Assembly: GCF_009914755.1 (NCBI RefSeq)
Contig: NC_060927.1
Source of the DNA: the human T2T-CHM13v2.0 reference genome, Homo sapiens
Length of the DNA: 64,000 nt
Reading direction: 5' to 3' (one strand)
Shown here piece by piece: positions 28,090 through 41,890 of the stretch (the first letter of the stretch is position 1; every line of letters begins with the position of its first letter). The notes below the pieces were generated by a model that worked only from the letters and a program-made list of their open reading frames with translations, searched no databases and was not told where the DNA came from. The translations under genes and the position numbers were made by a program.

Positions 28090-29900
28090 AAAACTCTAAT
28101 TAGACTGATTAGGGGAAAAAAAGGAAAAGCACAGATCACCAATCAGTAACAAGAGAGGAGACATCCTATAATCATTAAGAGATGATTAAGGATATCCAAT
28201 ATGTGTAACACATAATTAATTTGGAAAAAAAATCTTTTTAATAAATAGTGCTGAAACAATAGGATATTCACATGCAACAGAATAAAGTTGAACTCTTTCA
28301 TCATACCATAAGCAAAATGAATTCAAAATGGATCATTAATTGATATGTTAAATCTAAAAGCACAAACCTTCTAGCAGAAACTATTGAAGTAAACCTTCAT
28401 GGCTTTGGGCTAGAAAAAGCCTTCTAAGATACAATATAAAATGTATAAACAACAAAAGAAAAATAGATAAATTGAACTTCATAAAAATCGAAAGCTTTGT
28501 GCTTTAAAGAACATTATTTTAAAAAGTGAAAAGACAACCAAAGATATAACTGAAAATATATGCACACCATATATCTGATAAGGGACTTGTATCCAAGGTA
28601 TACAAAGAGCTCTTACAAGTCAATAATAAAAAGACAAATAACCTAGTTTTTAAAAATAGGCAAAGGATCTCATATTAATCTGTTTGGGATGCTATAGCAG
28701 AATGCAATAAACTAGGTGGCTTATAAACAACAGAAATCTACTTCTCATAGTTGTGGAGGCTGTGAAGTTCAAGATCAAGGCACCAGTAGATTCAGGGACA
28801 GGTGAAGGTCTACTTCCTGGTCCCTTTCTTCTCACTGTGTCTTCACATAGTGGAAGGGGTGAGGAAGCTGTCTGGGAATTCTTTACTAAGGACACTAATC
28901 CCATTCATGAGGGCTCCACTCTCATGACCTAATCACCTACTAAAGGTGCCACTTCCTAATACGATCACAGGAGGGGTTAGGATATCAACATATAAAATTT
29001 GGTGGGACACAAACATTCAATCTATAATGTATCTGAGTAGACATTTCTCCAAAAAATATATACAAATGGCCCAAAAAAAGATGCTTAATATCATTAGCCA
29101 TTAGAAAATTTCAAATCAAAACCATGAGATACCACTTCATAACCACTAGGTGACTATAATAAAAATAAATGGAAGATAACAAGTGTTGGCAAGGATGTGA
29201 ACAAATTGGAACTTTCATATATGAGGATGTACAATGCAACTGCTGTGGAAAACATTCTTGAGATTTCCCCAAAAGTGTTAAATAGTTACTATATGTCCCA
29301 AAAATTTCACACGTAGCATATACTCATGAAAACTGAAAACAGTTGTTCAAAAAAAGTGTACATGAATGTTCACAGTGGCATTATTTATAGTAGTCAAAAG
29401 TGAAACCAACCCAAATAAGTAATAATTGATGAATACAGAAATAAAATGTGGCATATCTATCTGAATCATTATTTTTCAGTAATAAAAATGAATGAAGTAC
29501 ATGCTACAACGTAGATAGACCTGCAAACATAACGTTATGAGAAAGAAGCCAGCCACAAAAGTCCATTTATTGTATAATATCATTTATATGAAACTTCCCA
29601 TATAAGAAAATCTATAAACATGTAAAATAGATTAGTAGTTGGAGGCCTAGAGGGTTGAGGGGAACTGGGGAATGGTTGCTGAATGATATGTGGTTTCTTT
29701 TTAAGGTTATCAAAATGTTCTAAAATTGATTGTGGTGATGGTTGTACAACTCTGTGAATATTTTAGGATACTGAACCCACCAATATATAAAAATACACAT
29801 CACACCTTCTTAAAATGGCATCAAAGAAACATGTACTACTTAGGGGCAATTTAACAAAACATGTAAGATATTTAGATTGAAAACTGCCAAATTTACTGAG
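28090..29900 (+). mobile_element. Old L1M 3' fragments
   Basis: Diverged ORF2-end and 3'UTR text (aaaatgttctaaaattgattgtggtgatggttgtacaactctgtgaata). Confidence 0.75.
28672..29028 (-). mobile_element. MLT1A LTR nested in old L1
   Basis: ggtggcttataaacaacagaaatc...gaagttcaagatcaaggcacc...gggacacaaacattcaatctataa. Confidence 0.85.
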
Positions 29901-29904
29901 AGAT

Positions 29905-32900
29905 ACTTTATTTTCAACTTTTATTTTAGAATCAGAGGGTACATGTGCAAGTTTGCTACAAAGGTATATTGTGTGATGCTGAGGTTTGGGGTATGACTGA
30001 ACCTGTAACCCAGCTAGAAAGCATAGTACCCAAAAGGTAGTTTTTCAGCCCTTGCCTTCTCCCTCACTACCTCCTCTAGTAGCCCCAGTGTCTATTGTTC
30101 CCATCTTTATGTCCATACGTATTCAATATTTATCTCCCACCTATAAGTGAGAGTATGTGGTATTTGGTTCTCTGTTTCTGCATTAGTTTGCTTAGAGTAA
30201 TGGCCTCTGGCTGCACCCATGTTGATGCAAAGGATATGATTTCATTCTTGTTATGGCTGTGTAATATTCCATGGTGTATTTGTCCCGCATTTTCTTTTTC
30301 CAGTCCACCATTGATGGTCACCTGGGTTGATTCTGTGTTTTTGTCAAATGGTAGTTCAGCTCTTATTTCTTTGAGAAATCTCCAAATTGCTCTCCACAGT
30401 GGCTGGTCTTAAAATTACACTCCCACCAACAGGGTATAAATGTCCCTTTTTCTCTGCAGCCTTGCCAACATCTGTTATTATTATTTTTTTACTTTTTAAT
30501 AAAACCATTCTGGTTTGAGATGATATCTCATTGTGGTTTTGATTTGCATTTCTCTGATTAGAGATGATGAGCATTTTTCATATGTTTGGGGGCCATTTCT
30601 ATGACTTCTTTTGAAAAGTGTCTGTTCATGTCCTTTGCCCAATTTTTAATGGGATTATTTGCTTTTTTGCTTGTTGATTTGTTAAAGTTCCTACTCATCT
30701 GACAAAGGGCTAATATCCAGAATCTACAATGAACTCAAACAAATTTACAAGAAAAAAACAAACAACCCCATCAAAAAGTGGGCGAAGGACATGAACAGAC
30801 ACTTCTCAAAAGACGACATTTATGCAGCCAAAAAACACATGAAAAAATGCTCACCATCACTGGCCATCAGAGAAATGCAAATCAAAACCACAATGAGATA
30901 CCATCTCACAACAGTTAGAATGGCAATCATTAAAGAGTCAGGAAACAACAGGTGCTGGAGAGGATGTGGAGAAATAGGAACACTTTTACACTGTTGGTGG
31001 GACTGTAAACTAGTTCAACCATTGTGGAAGTCAGTGTGGTGATTCCTCAGGGATCTAGAACTAGAAATATCATTTGACCCAGCCATCCATTACTGGGTAT
31101 ATACCCAAAGGACTATAAATCATGCTGCTATAAAGACACATGCACACGTATGTTTATTGCGGCACTATTCACAATAGCAAAGACTTGGAACCAACCCAAA
31201 TGTCCAACAATGATAGACTGGATTAAGAAAATGTGGCACATATACACCATGGAATACTATGCAGCCATAAGAAATGATGAGTTCATGTCCTTTGCAGGGA
31301 CATGGATGAAACTAGAAACCATCATTCTCAGCAAACTATCACAAGGACAAAAAACCAAACACCGCATACTCTCACTCATAGGTGGGAATTGAACAATGAG
31401 AACACATGGACACAGGAAGGGGAACATCACACTCTGGGGACTGTTGTGGGGTGGGGGGAGTGGGGAGGGATAGCATTAGGAGATATACCTAATGCTAAAT
31501 GACAAGTTAATGGGTGCAGCACACCAGCATGGCACATGTATACATATGTAACTAACCTGCACATTGTGCACATGTACCCTAAAACTTAAAGTATAATAAT
31601 AAAAAAGTAAAATAAAATAAAATAAATAAAGTTCCTTATAGATTCTGGATATTAGGCTTTTGTCAGATGCACATTTTATGAATATTTTCTCCCATTTGGT
31701 ATGTTGTCTGTTTACTCTGTTGATGGATCTTTTATTTTTCTGCAGAAGCTCTTTATTTTAATTAGGTTCCATTTGTCAATTTTTGTTTTTGTTGCAATTG
31801 CTTTTGGGGATTTAGCTGTACATCCTTTGCTAAAGCTGATATCAACAAGGATATTTAGGGTACTTCCTAGGTTTTCTTCTAGGATTTTTATAGTTTGAGG
31901 TCATAAATTTAAGTCTTTAATCCATCTTGAGTTGATTTTTCTATGTAATAGGTAGGGGTCCAGTTTCATTCTTCTACATATGAATAGCCAGTTATCCTAG
32001 CACCATTTATTGAATAAGGAGTCCTTTCACCATTGCTTATTTTTGTCGAGTTTGTCAAGGATCAGATGGTTGTAGGTGTGCAGCTTTATTTCTGGGTTCT
32101 TTATTCTGTTCCATTAGTCTATGTATCTGTTTTCATACTAGTACGATGCTCTTTTGGTTACTGTAGCCTTACAGTATAGTTTGAAGTTGGGTAATGTGAG
32201 GCCTCCAACTTTGCTCTTTTTGCTTAAGATTTCTTTGGCTATTCAGGCTATATTTTTGTTCCATATGAATTTTAAAATAGTTTTTTTCTAGTTCTGTCAA
32301 GAATAACATTGGTAGTTTGATAGAAATACTGTTGTCTATAGATTGCTTTGGGCAGTATGGCCATTTTAACAATGTGGATTCTTCCAATCCATGAGCATAG
32401 AATATTTTTCCATCTATTTATGTCATCTCTGATTTCTTTCTGCAGTGTTTTGTAGTTCTCCTTGTAGAAACCTTTCACCTCCTTGGTTAGCTGTGCTCCT
32501 AGGTATTTTTTTGTGGCTATTGAAAATAGGATTGTGTTCTTGATTTGGCTCACAGCTAGAATGTTACTGGTATATGGAAATGCTACTGATTTTTGTAGAT
32601 TGATTTTGTATCCCAAAACTTTACTGAAGTAGTTTATTGGTTCTAGGGGGCCTTTTGGTGGAGTCTTTGGGGTTTTCTGGGTATGGAATCACATCATCAG
32701 CAAAGAGAGATAGTTTGATGCTGTTCCTGCTTGGATGCCTTTTATTTATTTCTCTTGCCTGATTGCTCTGACATAGTACTTCCAGACCTATGGTTAAATA
32801 GAAGTGGTGATAATGGGTATCCTTGTCTTATTGCAGGTCTCAAGGAAAAAAGTTCTAGCTTCTGCCCATTCTGTATATTGGCTGTGGGTTTGTCATAGAT

Positions 32901-33340
32901 GGCTCTTATTATTTTGAGGTATTTTTCCATTGATGCTTAGTTTGTTGATGGTTTTTATCATGAAGGGATGTTTGATTTTACCAAAAGCTTTTCCTGTGTC
33001 TATTGAGATGATCATATGATTTTTGTTTATAATTTTGTATATGTGGTAAATCACATTTATTGATTTGCATATGTTGAACCAACCTTGCATCCCACGAATA
33101 AAGCCTACTTCATCATAGTGAATCAACTTTGTGATGTGGTCTTGGATTCAGTTTGCTAATATTTTGTTGAAGATTTTTGCATCTATGTTCATCGGGGATA
33201 TTGGCCTGAAGTTTTCTTTTTTCTTTCTGTCTCTGCTAGATTTTGGTGTCAGGATGATGCTGGCTTTGTAGAATGAGTTAAGAGGTCCCTTCTCTGTGAT
33301 TTTTTGGAATAGTTTTAGTAAAATTGGTTCCAGTTCTTCT
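29905..33340 (-). mobile_element. 5'-truncated older L1PA, antisense
   Basis: Antisense 3'UTR (ttttattttagaatcagagggtacatgtgc) and minus-strand ORF2 translations at 32169-33126. Confidence 0.88.
30693..31627 (+). mobile_element. Young 5'-truncated L1PA (L1PA3/4-like) nested in the antisense L1
   Basis: Near-consensus ORF2 C-terminus (MFIAALFTIAKTWNQPKCP...LIGGN), 3'UTR and (TAAAA)n tail; TSD taaagttcct. Confidence 0.93.
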
Positions 33341-33943
33341 AAGAGATCTTTTTAAAGACCTAAATAAATAGTGAAGTATCCCATGTTCATATATAGAAAG
33401 GTGTCACATTTCTGGAATTGCATTTCTCCCATATCAGTTTAAACATTCATTGCAAACCCAATCATAATCTCAGCAGAATTTTCTACAGGATTTGATAACC
33501 TTAATATAAAATGTATTGGAAATGCAAATGATTTCATTATACAAACAATCTTGAAGAAGAATCAATCTGGAGGACTTAAACCACCTTACTTCCAGTCTTG
33601 TTACACAGTGGCTCTAATTGCAACAGTGTGGTATTGTCAGGACAGACACATATATTAATGGAATCAAATAGATACCAAAGAAATATACCCCTGTGTGTAC
33701 AGTCAATTGACTTCTGACAAAGGTACTAACGAATCCCATGAAAAGGAAAGTTTTTCAACAAATGATGTTGAAATAACAGGATCGATATGAGAAAAATGAA
33801 CCTAGACTAGCACCTCACAGTATACACAAAGTTTAACTCAAGACAATTAATACATTTAATGGCAGAAGCTAAGAATATAAAGATTTTAGCAGAAAATATA
33901 GGAGGATATCTTTACAATTTGCATAGGCAGAGATTTCTTAAGA

Positions 33944-34938
33944 CAGTGGTACCAACATTTTTGGCACCAGGGACCAGATGCGTGGAAGAGTTTTTCCAAG
34001 AACAGTGGTATGGGGGATGCAGGGATGGTTTGGGGATGATTCAAGCGCATTACATTTATTGTGCACTTTATTTCAATTACTATTACTTACTATGATGACT
34101 AATATTGAGTGTCAACTTGATTGGATTGAAGGATGCAAACTGTTGTTCCTGGGTATGTCTGTGAGGGTGTTGCCAAAGGAGATTAACATTTAAGTCAGCG
34201 GACTGGGAGAGGCAGACCCACCCTCAATCTGGGTGAGCACCATTAATCAGCTGCCAGTGCGGCTAGGATAAAAGCAGGCAGAGGAACATGGAGGGACTAA
34301 ACTGGTTAAGTCTTCTGGCCTTCATCTTTCTCCTGTGCTGGATGCTTTCTGCCCTCAAACATCAGACTCCAAATTCTTCAGCTTTTGGACTCTTGGACTT
34401 ACACCAGTGGTTTGCCACAGGCTCTCGGGTCTTCAGCCACAGACCGAAGGCTGCATTATCGGCTTCCCTACTTTTGAGGTTTTGGGACTTGGACTAACTT
34501 CCTGGCTCCTCAGCTTGCAGATAGCCTATTGTGGGACTTCATCTTGTGATCATGTCAGTCATTCTAATAAACTCCCCTTCATATATTCACCTATCCTATT
34601 AGTTCTGTCCTTTTAGAGAACTCTGACTAATACACATATTCACCATAATGTAGAATCATTGGGAACCCTGAGCTTGTTTTCCTGCAATGGTCCCATCTAG
34701 GGGTGATGGGAGACAATGACAGATTATCAGGCATTAGATTCTCATAAGGAGCACACAGCCTACATTCCTTTCCTGTGTAGTTCACAATAGGGTTCGCGTT
34801 CCTCTGAGAATCTAATGCCACCGCTGATCTGACAGAAGGCAGAGCTCAGCTTTGCTGGCTCACCTGCCACTCACCTCTGGCTGTGTGGCCTGGTTCCTAA
34901 CAGGCCACAAACCATGGCCCAGGGGTTGGGAACCCCTG
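33944..34938. mobile_element. MER1 (hAT-Charlie MITE) interrupted by MLT2A
   Basis: Termini cagtggtaccaac... / ...gttgggaacccctg; perfect 8-bp hAT TSD tcttaaga at 33936-33943 and 34939-34946. Confidence 0.9.
34091..34634 (+). mobile_element. MLT2A (ERVL) solo LTR
   Basis: taatattgagtgtcaacttgattggattgaaggatgcaaa ... tagagaactctgactaataca. Confidence 0.9.
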
Positions 34939-35020
34939 TCTTAAGATACAAAAGCAATAGCCATAACAGAAAAAAAAAAAAAGAGAAATTAGGTTTTATA
35001 AAAACCACATTTAATCATCA

Positions 35021-35470
<450 letters not shown>

Positions 35471-36196
35471 CTAATTTAGACTGACACTATTGATTTTCTG
35501 ATGACAAATCTGTGAAAATATGTGACTGAACCAATTATGCAATGTTATGTACCTCACATTTATAAATAAGTAGATAGCTGTATTAATCATGTGAAATATT
35601 CCACAACTAGCTCTTAACAAATTTCTTAGTAGAATTTTAACACTTGGACCCCATAACTGGGAAAATATCCTTGCTGACTTAAAGAAGACATGAAAGGTTG
35701 AACTCCTATGGAGAACCACCTTTTATGGTAGAAGTGGAGCGACGTCTTCTAATTATATCTGTAGAAAAATTATTCTAATCTATTTAAATTATGAATATAT
35801 TTACCACTATTTTCATGTGCCTAAGAATGAAGAGAGAAGAAATTTTGGAATGTGGTCCTGCTAATAATTGATGACTCTACTCACTTAGACTAGGTTTTTC
35901 TGGCATGAGTTCCAACTATATAAATATCTTCAGGGATTCAGAGAAAAAGTTTTAAATTCCATCAATGTCCTAAGAACAGAGATTGTTGAAAGTCTACTAT
36001 TTTGGCATTCATTTCTCATTGGTCTTTTAGGCATGAACAAATCTGAAAATTTATTAAAATAACGGCATTCTCTCAATCACATGTATGAGGAATTATATAA
36101 TAATAAAAATAATGGTTGCAATTTCAGTGGAGATTATTATTTATCAGGAACTATCTATATTTGATACGTTTACTTAATTTTTTTGCACGCATACCA

Positions 36197-38560
36197 TGAT
36201 ATGGTTTGGCTCTGTGTCCCCACCCAAATCTCAGCTTGAATTGTAGTTGCCATAATCCCCACGTGTCATGGGAGTGACCTGGTGGGAGGTAATTTAATCA
36301 TGGGGGCAGTTACCTAATGCTGTTCTCAAGATAGTGAGTGAGTCATCATGAGATTTGATGGTTTTATAAGGGGCTTTTAGCCCTTTTGCTCAGCACTTCT
36401 CTTTGCTGCCACCATGTGAAGAAGGACGTGTTTACTTCCTCTTCTGCCATTATTGTTAAGTTTCCTGAGGTCTCCCCAGCCCTGTGGAACTGTGAGCCAA
36501 TTAAACCTCTTTCTTTTATAAATTACCCAGTTTTGGGCAGTTCTTTATAGCAGTGTGAGAATGGACTAACACAGTAAATCTGTACCAGGTAGTGGAGTGC
36601 TGCTGTAAAGATACCCAAAAATGTAGAAGCAACTTTGGAAATGGATAACAGGCAGAGGCTGGAACAGTTTGGAGGGCTCAGAAGAAGACAGGAAGATGTG
36701 GGAAAGTTTGGAACTTCCTAGAGACTTACTGAATGGCCTTTGACCAAAATGTTGATAGTGACATAGACAATGAAGTCCAGGCTGAAGTGGTCTCAGATGG
36801 AGATGAGGAACTCGTTGGGAACTGGAGTAAAGGTGACTCTTGCTACATTTTAGCAAAGAGACTGGCAGCATTTTGCCCCTGTTCTAGAGATCTGTGGAAG
36901 TTTGAACGTGAAAGAGATGATTTAGGACATCTGGTGGAAGAATTTTCAAAGCAGCAAAGTGTTTGAGAGGTGACTTGGTGCTGTTAAAAGCATTCACTTT
37001 TATGTAGTCACAAAGATATGGTTTGGAATTGGAACTTATATTTAAAAGGGAAGCAGAGCATAAAAGTTTGGAAAATTTGTAGCCAGATGATACAATAGAA
37101 AAGAAAAACCCATTTTCTGAGGAGAAATTCAAGCCAGCTGCAAAAATTCTCATAAGTAATGTGGAGTGAAATGTTAATTGCCAAGACAATGGGGAAAATG
37201 TCTCCAGTGCATGTCAGAGGTCTTCACAGCAGCCCCTCCCATCACAGACCCAGAAGCCTAGCCAGAAATAATGGCTTCATGGGCCTGGCCCAGGGCTTGC
37301 TGCTTTGTGCAGTCTCAGGAGTTGGTGCCCGGCATCCCAGCCATGGCTAAAAGGGGCCAACACACAGCTCAGGCCATTGCTTCAGAGGGTGCAAGCCCCA
37401 AGCTTTGGTGGCTTACACATGGTGTTGGGACTGCACATGCACATAAGTCTAGAATTGAGGTTTCAGAACCTCCATGTAGATTTCAGGGGATGTACGGAAA
37501 TGCCTGGATGTCAAGTCAGAAGTTTGCTGCAGGGGTGGAGCCCACATGGAGAACCTCTGCTAGGGCAATGGGAAAGGAAAATGTGGGGTTGGAGCCCCCA
37601 GACAGAGTCCCCACTGGGGCACTGCCTGGTGGAGCTGTGAGAAGAGGGCCACCATCCTCCAGACCCCAGAATGATAGATCCACTAACAGCTTGTGCTATG
37701 CACCTGGAAAAGCTGCAGACGCTCAACACCAGCCCATGAAAGCAGCTGGGAGGGGAGCTTTACCCTGCAAAGCTACAGGAGTTGAGCTGCCCAAGGCCAT
37801 GGGAGCCTATCTCTTACATCAGCATGCCCTGGATATGAGACATGGAGTCAAAAGAGATCATTTCAGAGCTTTAAGATTTGGCTGCCCTGCTGGATTTCAG
37901 ACTTACTTGGGGCCTTGGCCCTTTGGTTTTGGCCAATTTCTCCCATTTGGAATGGGTGTATTTACCCAATTCCTGTACCTGCATTGTATCTAGAAAGTAA
38001 CTAACTTGCTTTTGATTTTAAAGGCTCATAGGTGGAAGGGACTTGCCTCATCTCAGATGAGACTTTGGACTTGGACTTTTGGGTTAATGCTGGAATGAGT
38101 TAAGACTTGCTGGGACTGTTGGAAGGGCATGATTGTGTTTTGAAATGTGAGGACATGAGATTTTGGAGGGGCCAGGGGCAGAATGATATGAGTTGGCTCT
38201 GTGTCCCCACCCAAATCTCACCTTGAATTGTAGTTCCCATAATCCCCATGTGTCATGGGAGGGACCCAGTTGGAGGTAATTTAATCATGGGGGCAGTTAC
38301 CCACACGCTGTTCTTGAGATAGTGACTGAATTCTTATGAGATCTGATAGTTTTATAAGGGGCTTTTCACCCTTTTGGTCAGCACTTCTCCTTGATGCCGC
38401 TGTGTGAAAAAGGAAGTGTTTGCTTCTCTTTCTGACATGACTGTAAGTTTTCTGAGGCATCCCTAGCCCTGCAGAACTGTGAGTCAATTAAACCTCTTTC
38501 TTTTATAAATTACCCAGTCTCAGGCAGTTCTTTATAGCAGTATGAGAACAGACTAATACA
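36197..38560 (+). mobile_element. Complete THE1D-type MaLR (LTR-internal-LTR)
   Basis: 5' LTR 36197-36573, internal ~1.6 kb, polypurine tract gaggggccaggggcagaa, 3' LTR 38184-38560; 5-bp TSD tacca/taaca. Confidence 0.93.
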
Positions 38561-38757
38561 TAACATCTCTAGAAGTAAGTAACATGGTCCTTTGTATTTA
38601 TAGGTGAGATAATCAGGGTTTAGATGTATAGGTGACAATTGTAGATCACACATTTAGTAAATGTCAGTTTGGGGTTTTAGTTCAAGGCATTTGACTTCAG
38701 AGTCCACACTTACCAACATCTAATCTCTTATGATTAAGAGTATTTAATCATACTCAG

Positions 38758-38899
38758 ATACTCAGGAGGCTGATGTGGAATGATTACCTGAGCCCAGAAG
38801 GAGAAGGTTGCAGGTTGCGATGAGCCTTGATCACATACAACACTGCACTCTAGCCTGGGCAACAGAGTTAGTGAGACCCTGTCTCAAAAAAAAAAAAAA
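38758..38899 (+). mobile_element. Alu right-monomer fragment
   Basis: ctcaggaggctga...cactgcactctagcctgggcaacaga...ctgtctc followed by poly(A). Confidence 0.85.
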
Positions 38900-39461
38900 G
38901 TATTTGCCTGGCAATAAAGAAACCAAAATAAAGATAGCACTGAGATAATATAACTGTATACATGGCTATACCATTGATACTCATTGTATGAGGGGGTCTC
39001 ATTTCTATGTCCATGAAATTCTCCTGAATTGAATTCAGCAAAAATAGTAGAGCTCTTCCTGTGTACTGTACCTGGAACTTTACCAGGTTTCTGCAAATAC
39101 AAATGGAAACAACTCATTGCTCCTGCCTATGAAGAAGTAGAACTATGGTAAAAATAAGAAAATGGCTTCCCAATAATAGGGAGTTATACTATGGAAGTAA
39201 TGTGGAAGCCCAGCAATGGGAATCATAGTCCAGCCATGATGGCATAGTCATGGGAGAAGAGAGAGGGTGGGGATGGCTTCCAGGAGGGTGTGAAGAGGGG
39301 GTCCAGTACTGAAGGGGGAAAAGTTGGATCAGGATTAATTCATGTATTTTGATGATGGCAATAATGTTGGTTGAGATTGAAAGAAGTGGTAATATTTGTA
39401 ATAAAGAATTTTTCTTGCTTTTCTTCTTAGACATTCACTATGTGCTTATTTTCCCCATAAG

Positions 39462-40346
39462 ATGAATAAAAACAACAAACCTTCCAGTTTCATAGCCATA
39501 AGAAATGCTGCTTTCTCTGAAGTCGGCATTGGGATCTCTGCCAATGCCATGCTCCTTCTCTTCCACATCCTCACGTGCCTTCTCAAGCACAGGACCAAGC
39601 CCGCTGACCTGATCGTTTGTCATGTGGCTCTAATCCATATCATATTGCTGCTACCCACAGAGTTCATAGCTACAGATATTTTTGGGTCTCAGGATTCAGA
39701 GGATGACATCAAACATAAGTCAGTTATCTACAGGTACAGGTTGATGAGAGGCCTCTCCATTTCCACCACCTGCCTGCTGAGTATCCTCCCGGCCATCACC
39801 TGCAGCCCCAGAAGCTCCTGTTTGGCAGTGTTCAAAGATTCTCACATCACCAACCACGTTGCTTTCTCTTCCTATGGGTCTTCCACATATCCATTAGTGA
39901 CAGCTTCTTAGTCTCCACTCTTCCCATCAAAAATCTGGCCTCAAATAGCCTTACATTTGTCACTCAATCCTGCTCTGCTGGGATCCTGAGTTGCTTCCTT
40001 GAGCAGACAATTTTCACACTGATGACATTTCAGGATGTCTCCCTTGCAGGGCTCACGGCCCCCCTCCAGTGGATACATGGTGATTCTCTTGTCCAGGCGT
40101 AACAGGCAGTCCCAGCATTTTCACAGCACCAACCTTTCTCCAAAAGCACCCCCAGAAAAAATGGCCACGCAGACCATTCTTCTGCTCGTGAGTTGCTTTG
40201 TGATTGTGTATGTTTTGGACTGTGTTGTCGCCTCCTGCTCAGGACTGGTGTGGAACAGTGATCCAGTCCGTCATCGAGTCCAGATGCTGGTGGACAATGG
40301 CTATGCCACCATCAGTCCTTCAGTGCTAGTCAGTACTGAAAAATGA
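39462..40346 (+). pseudogene. VN1R20P: Vomeronasal type-1 receptor pseudogene (resembles rodent V1Ra/b clade)
   Basis: Motifs FSEVGIGISAN, RLMRGLSISTTCLLS, SPRSSCL, VTQSCS, SSGYMV, HSTNLSPKAPPE.MATQTILLL and YATISP; upstream acceptor ttcttcttag at 39430; frameshifts at ~39836 and ~40064. The family call is secure; the symbol is from recalled locus order and is less certain. Confidence 0.9.
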
Positions 40347-41199
40347 ATGATCAAAGTCTGAACATCCATGTGGGAGAAGGACAATAAATCCCTAATTATT
40401 CAGTAATGCATAATGTCTCTTAAGATGAGCATATCCTTTTTAAAATGATTAATCCCATCATAGGGGATATGCTTTCTAGGTTCATTTAATCATATGGGGT
40501 TATGCTTTTTCTGTTAAGCCTATTTACTTTGAAACATGTTACTAAGAAGTATACAATAGACAATTTAACCCTATAACTACTGAGATAACACAAGGATCTA
40601 ATTCAAACCATATACATAAAACTGGAGCTTTGAGTTTCAAACTCCAAATGACAAAACAGAGATGAGCGAGTGTCTGAAGATGGACCTTGGAGCCATGAAG
40701 ATGCAGGGAGCTGGGATAATAAAAAGGCACAGGGAGGCTTTGGGGTGGCTGTGGTTTCTGCCTCACATGTGGTCCACATGCTGATATTTATCAATGTGTG
40801 TGCTTTTAGTATGTATACTTTAATTTTGTCACTTATAAACCAACAAAGCTGTTAATAAAATAGAGAGTCTGAATAGAAATACAACAAATAAAGAGATGCG
40901 TTTGGTAATCAAAAAACTCCCCACATAGAAAACCCCAAACCAGAAGGATTCATCACTGATAAACTGTGTCAAATATTTAATGAAGAATTAACACCAATGC
41001 TTCACAGAGTCTCCATCCTCCTCCGCCCTCCACAACAACAAATGACTACCTCTCCCCATGACTCAGATCTCTCCAGGGTTCACAGGGCAAAGTCCCCCAG
41101 AAAAAAACACCTTTCAGAGTCCCAAGACCCTGTCACTCTGCACTAAATCCCACCAGCGCCCACGGCCAGAAGGAAAACTTTCAAAATATGAGTTAGAAT

Positions 41200-41890
41200 A
41201 TCATTAAAAAGTCAGAAAACAACAGATGCTGGGGATGATGTGGAGAAATAGGAAAGCTTTTACACTGTTAATGGGAGTGTAAATTAGTTCAACCATTGTG
41301 GAAGACAGTGTGGCAATTCCTCGAGGATCTAGAACCAGAAACACCATTTGACCCAGCAATCCCATTACTGGGTATATACCCAAAGGATTATAAATCATTC
41401 TACTATAAAGACAACACACACATATGTTTATTTTGGCACTATTCACAATAGCAAAGACTTGGAACCAACCCAGATGCTCATCAATGATAGAATGGATAAA
41501 GAAAATGTGGCACATATGGAATACTATGCAGCCATAAAAAAGGATGAGTTCATGTCCTTTGCAGGGACATGGATAAAACTGGAAACCATCATTCTCAGCA
41601 AACTAACACAAGAGCAGAAAACCAAACACTGCAGGTTCTCGCTCATAAGTGGGAGTTAAACAATGAGAACACATGTACACAGGAAGAGGAACATCATACA
41701 CCAGGGCCTGTTGTGGGGTGGGGGGTTAGGGGAGGGAGAGCAGTAGGAGAAATACCTAATGTAGGTGACAGGTTCATGGGTGCAGCAAACCACCATGGCA
41801 CGTGTGTACCTATGTAACAAACCTGCACATTCTGCACATGTACCACAGAACGTAAAAGTGTAATTTAAAAATAAATTAATTTTTTTTAAA
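41200..41890 (+). mobile_element. 5'-truncated L1PA 3' end
   Basis: ORF2 C-terminus (MEYYAAIKKDEFMSFAGTW) and L1PA 3'UTR. Confidence 0.9.

Noticed and set aside
37271-37993. 240-aa ORF
   Set aside because: Remnant of the THE1 internal ORF, not a host gene.
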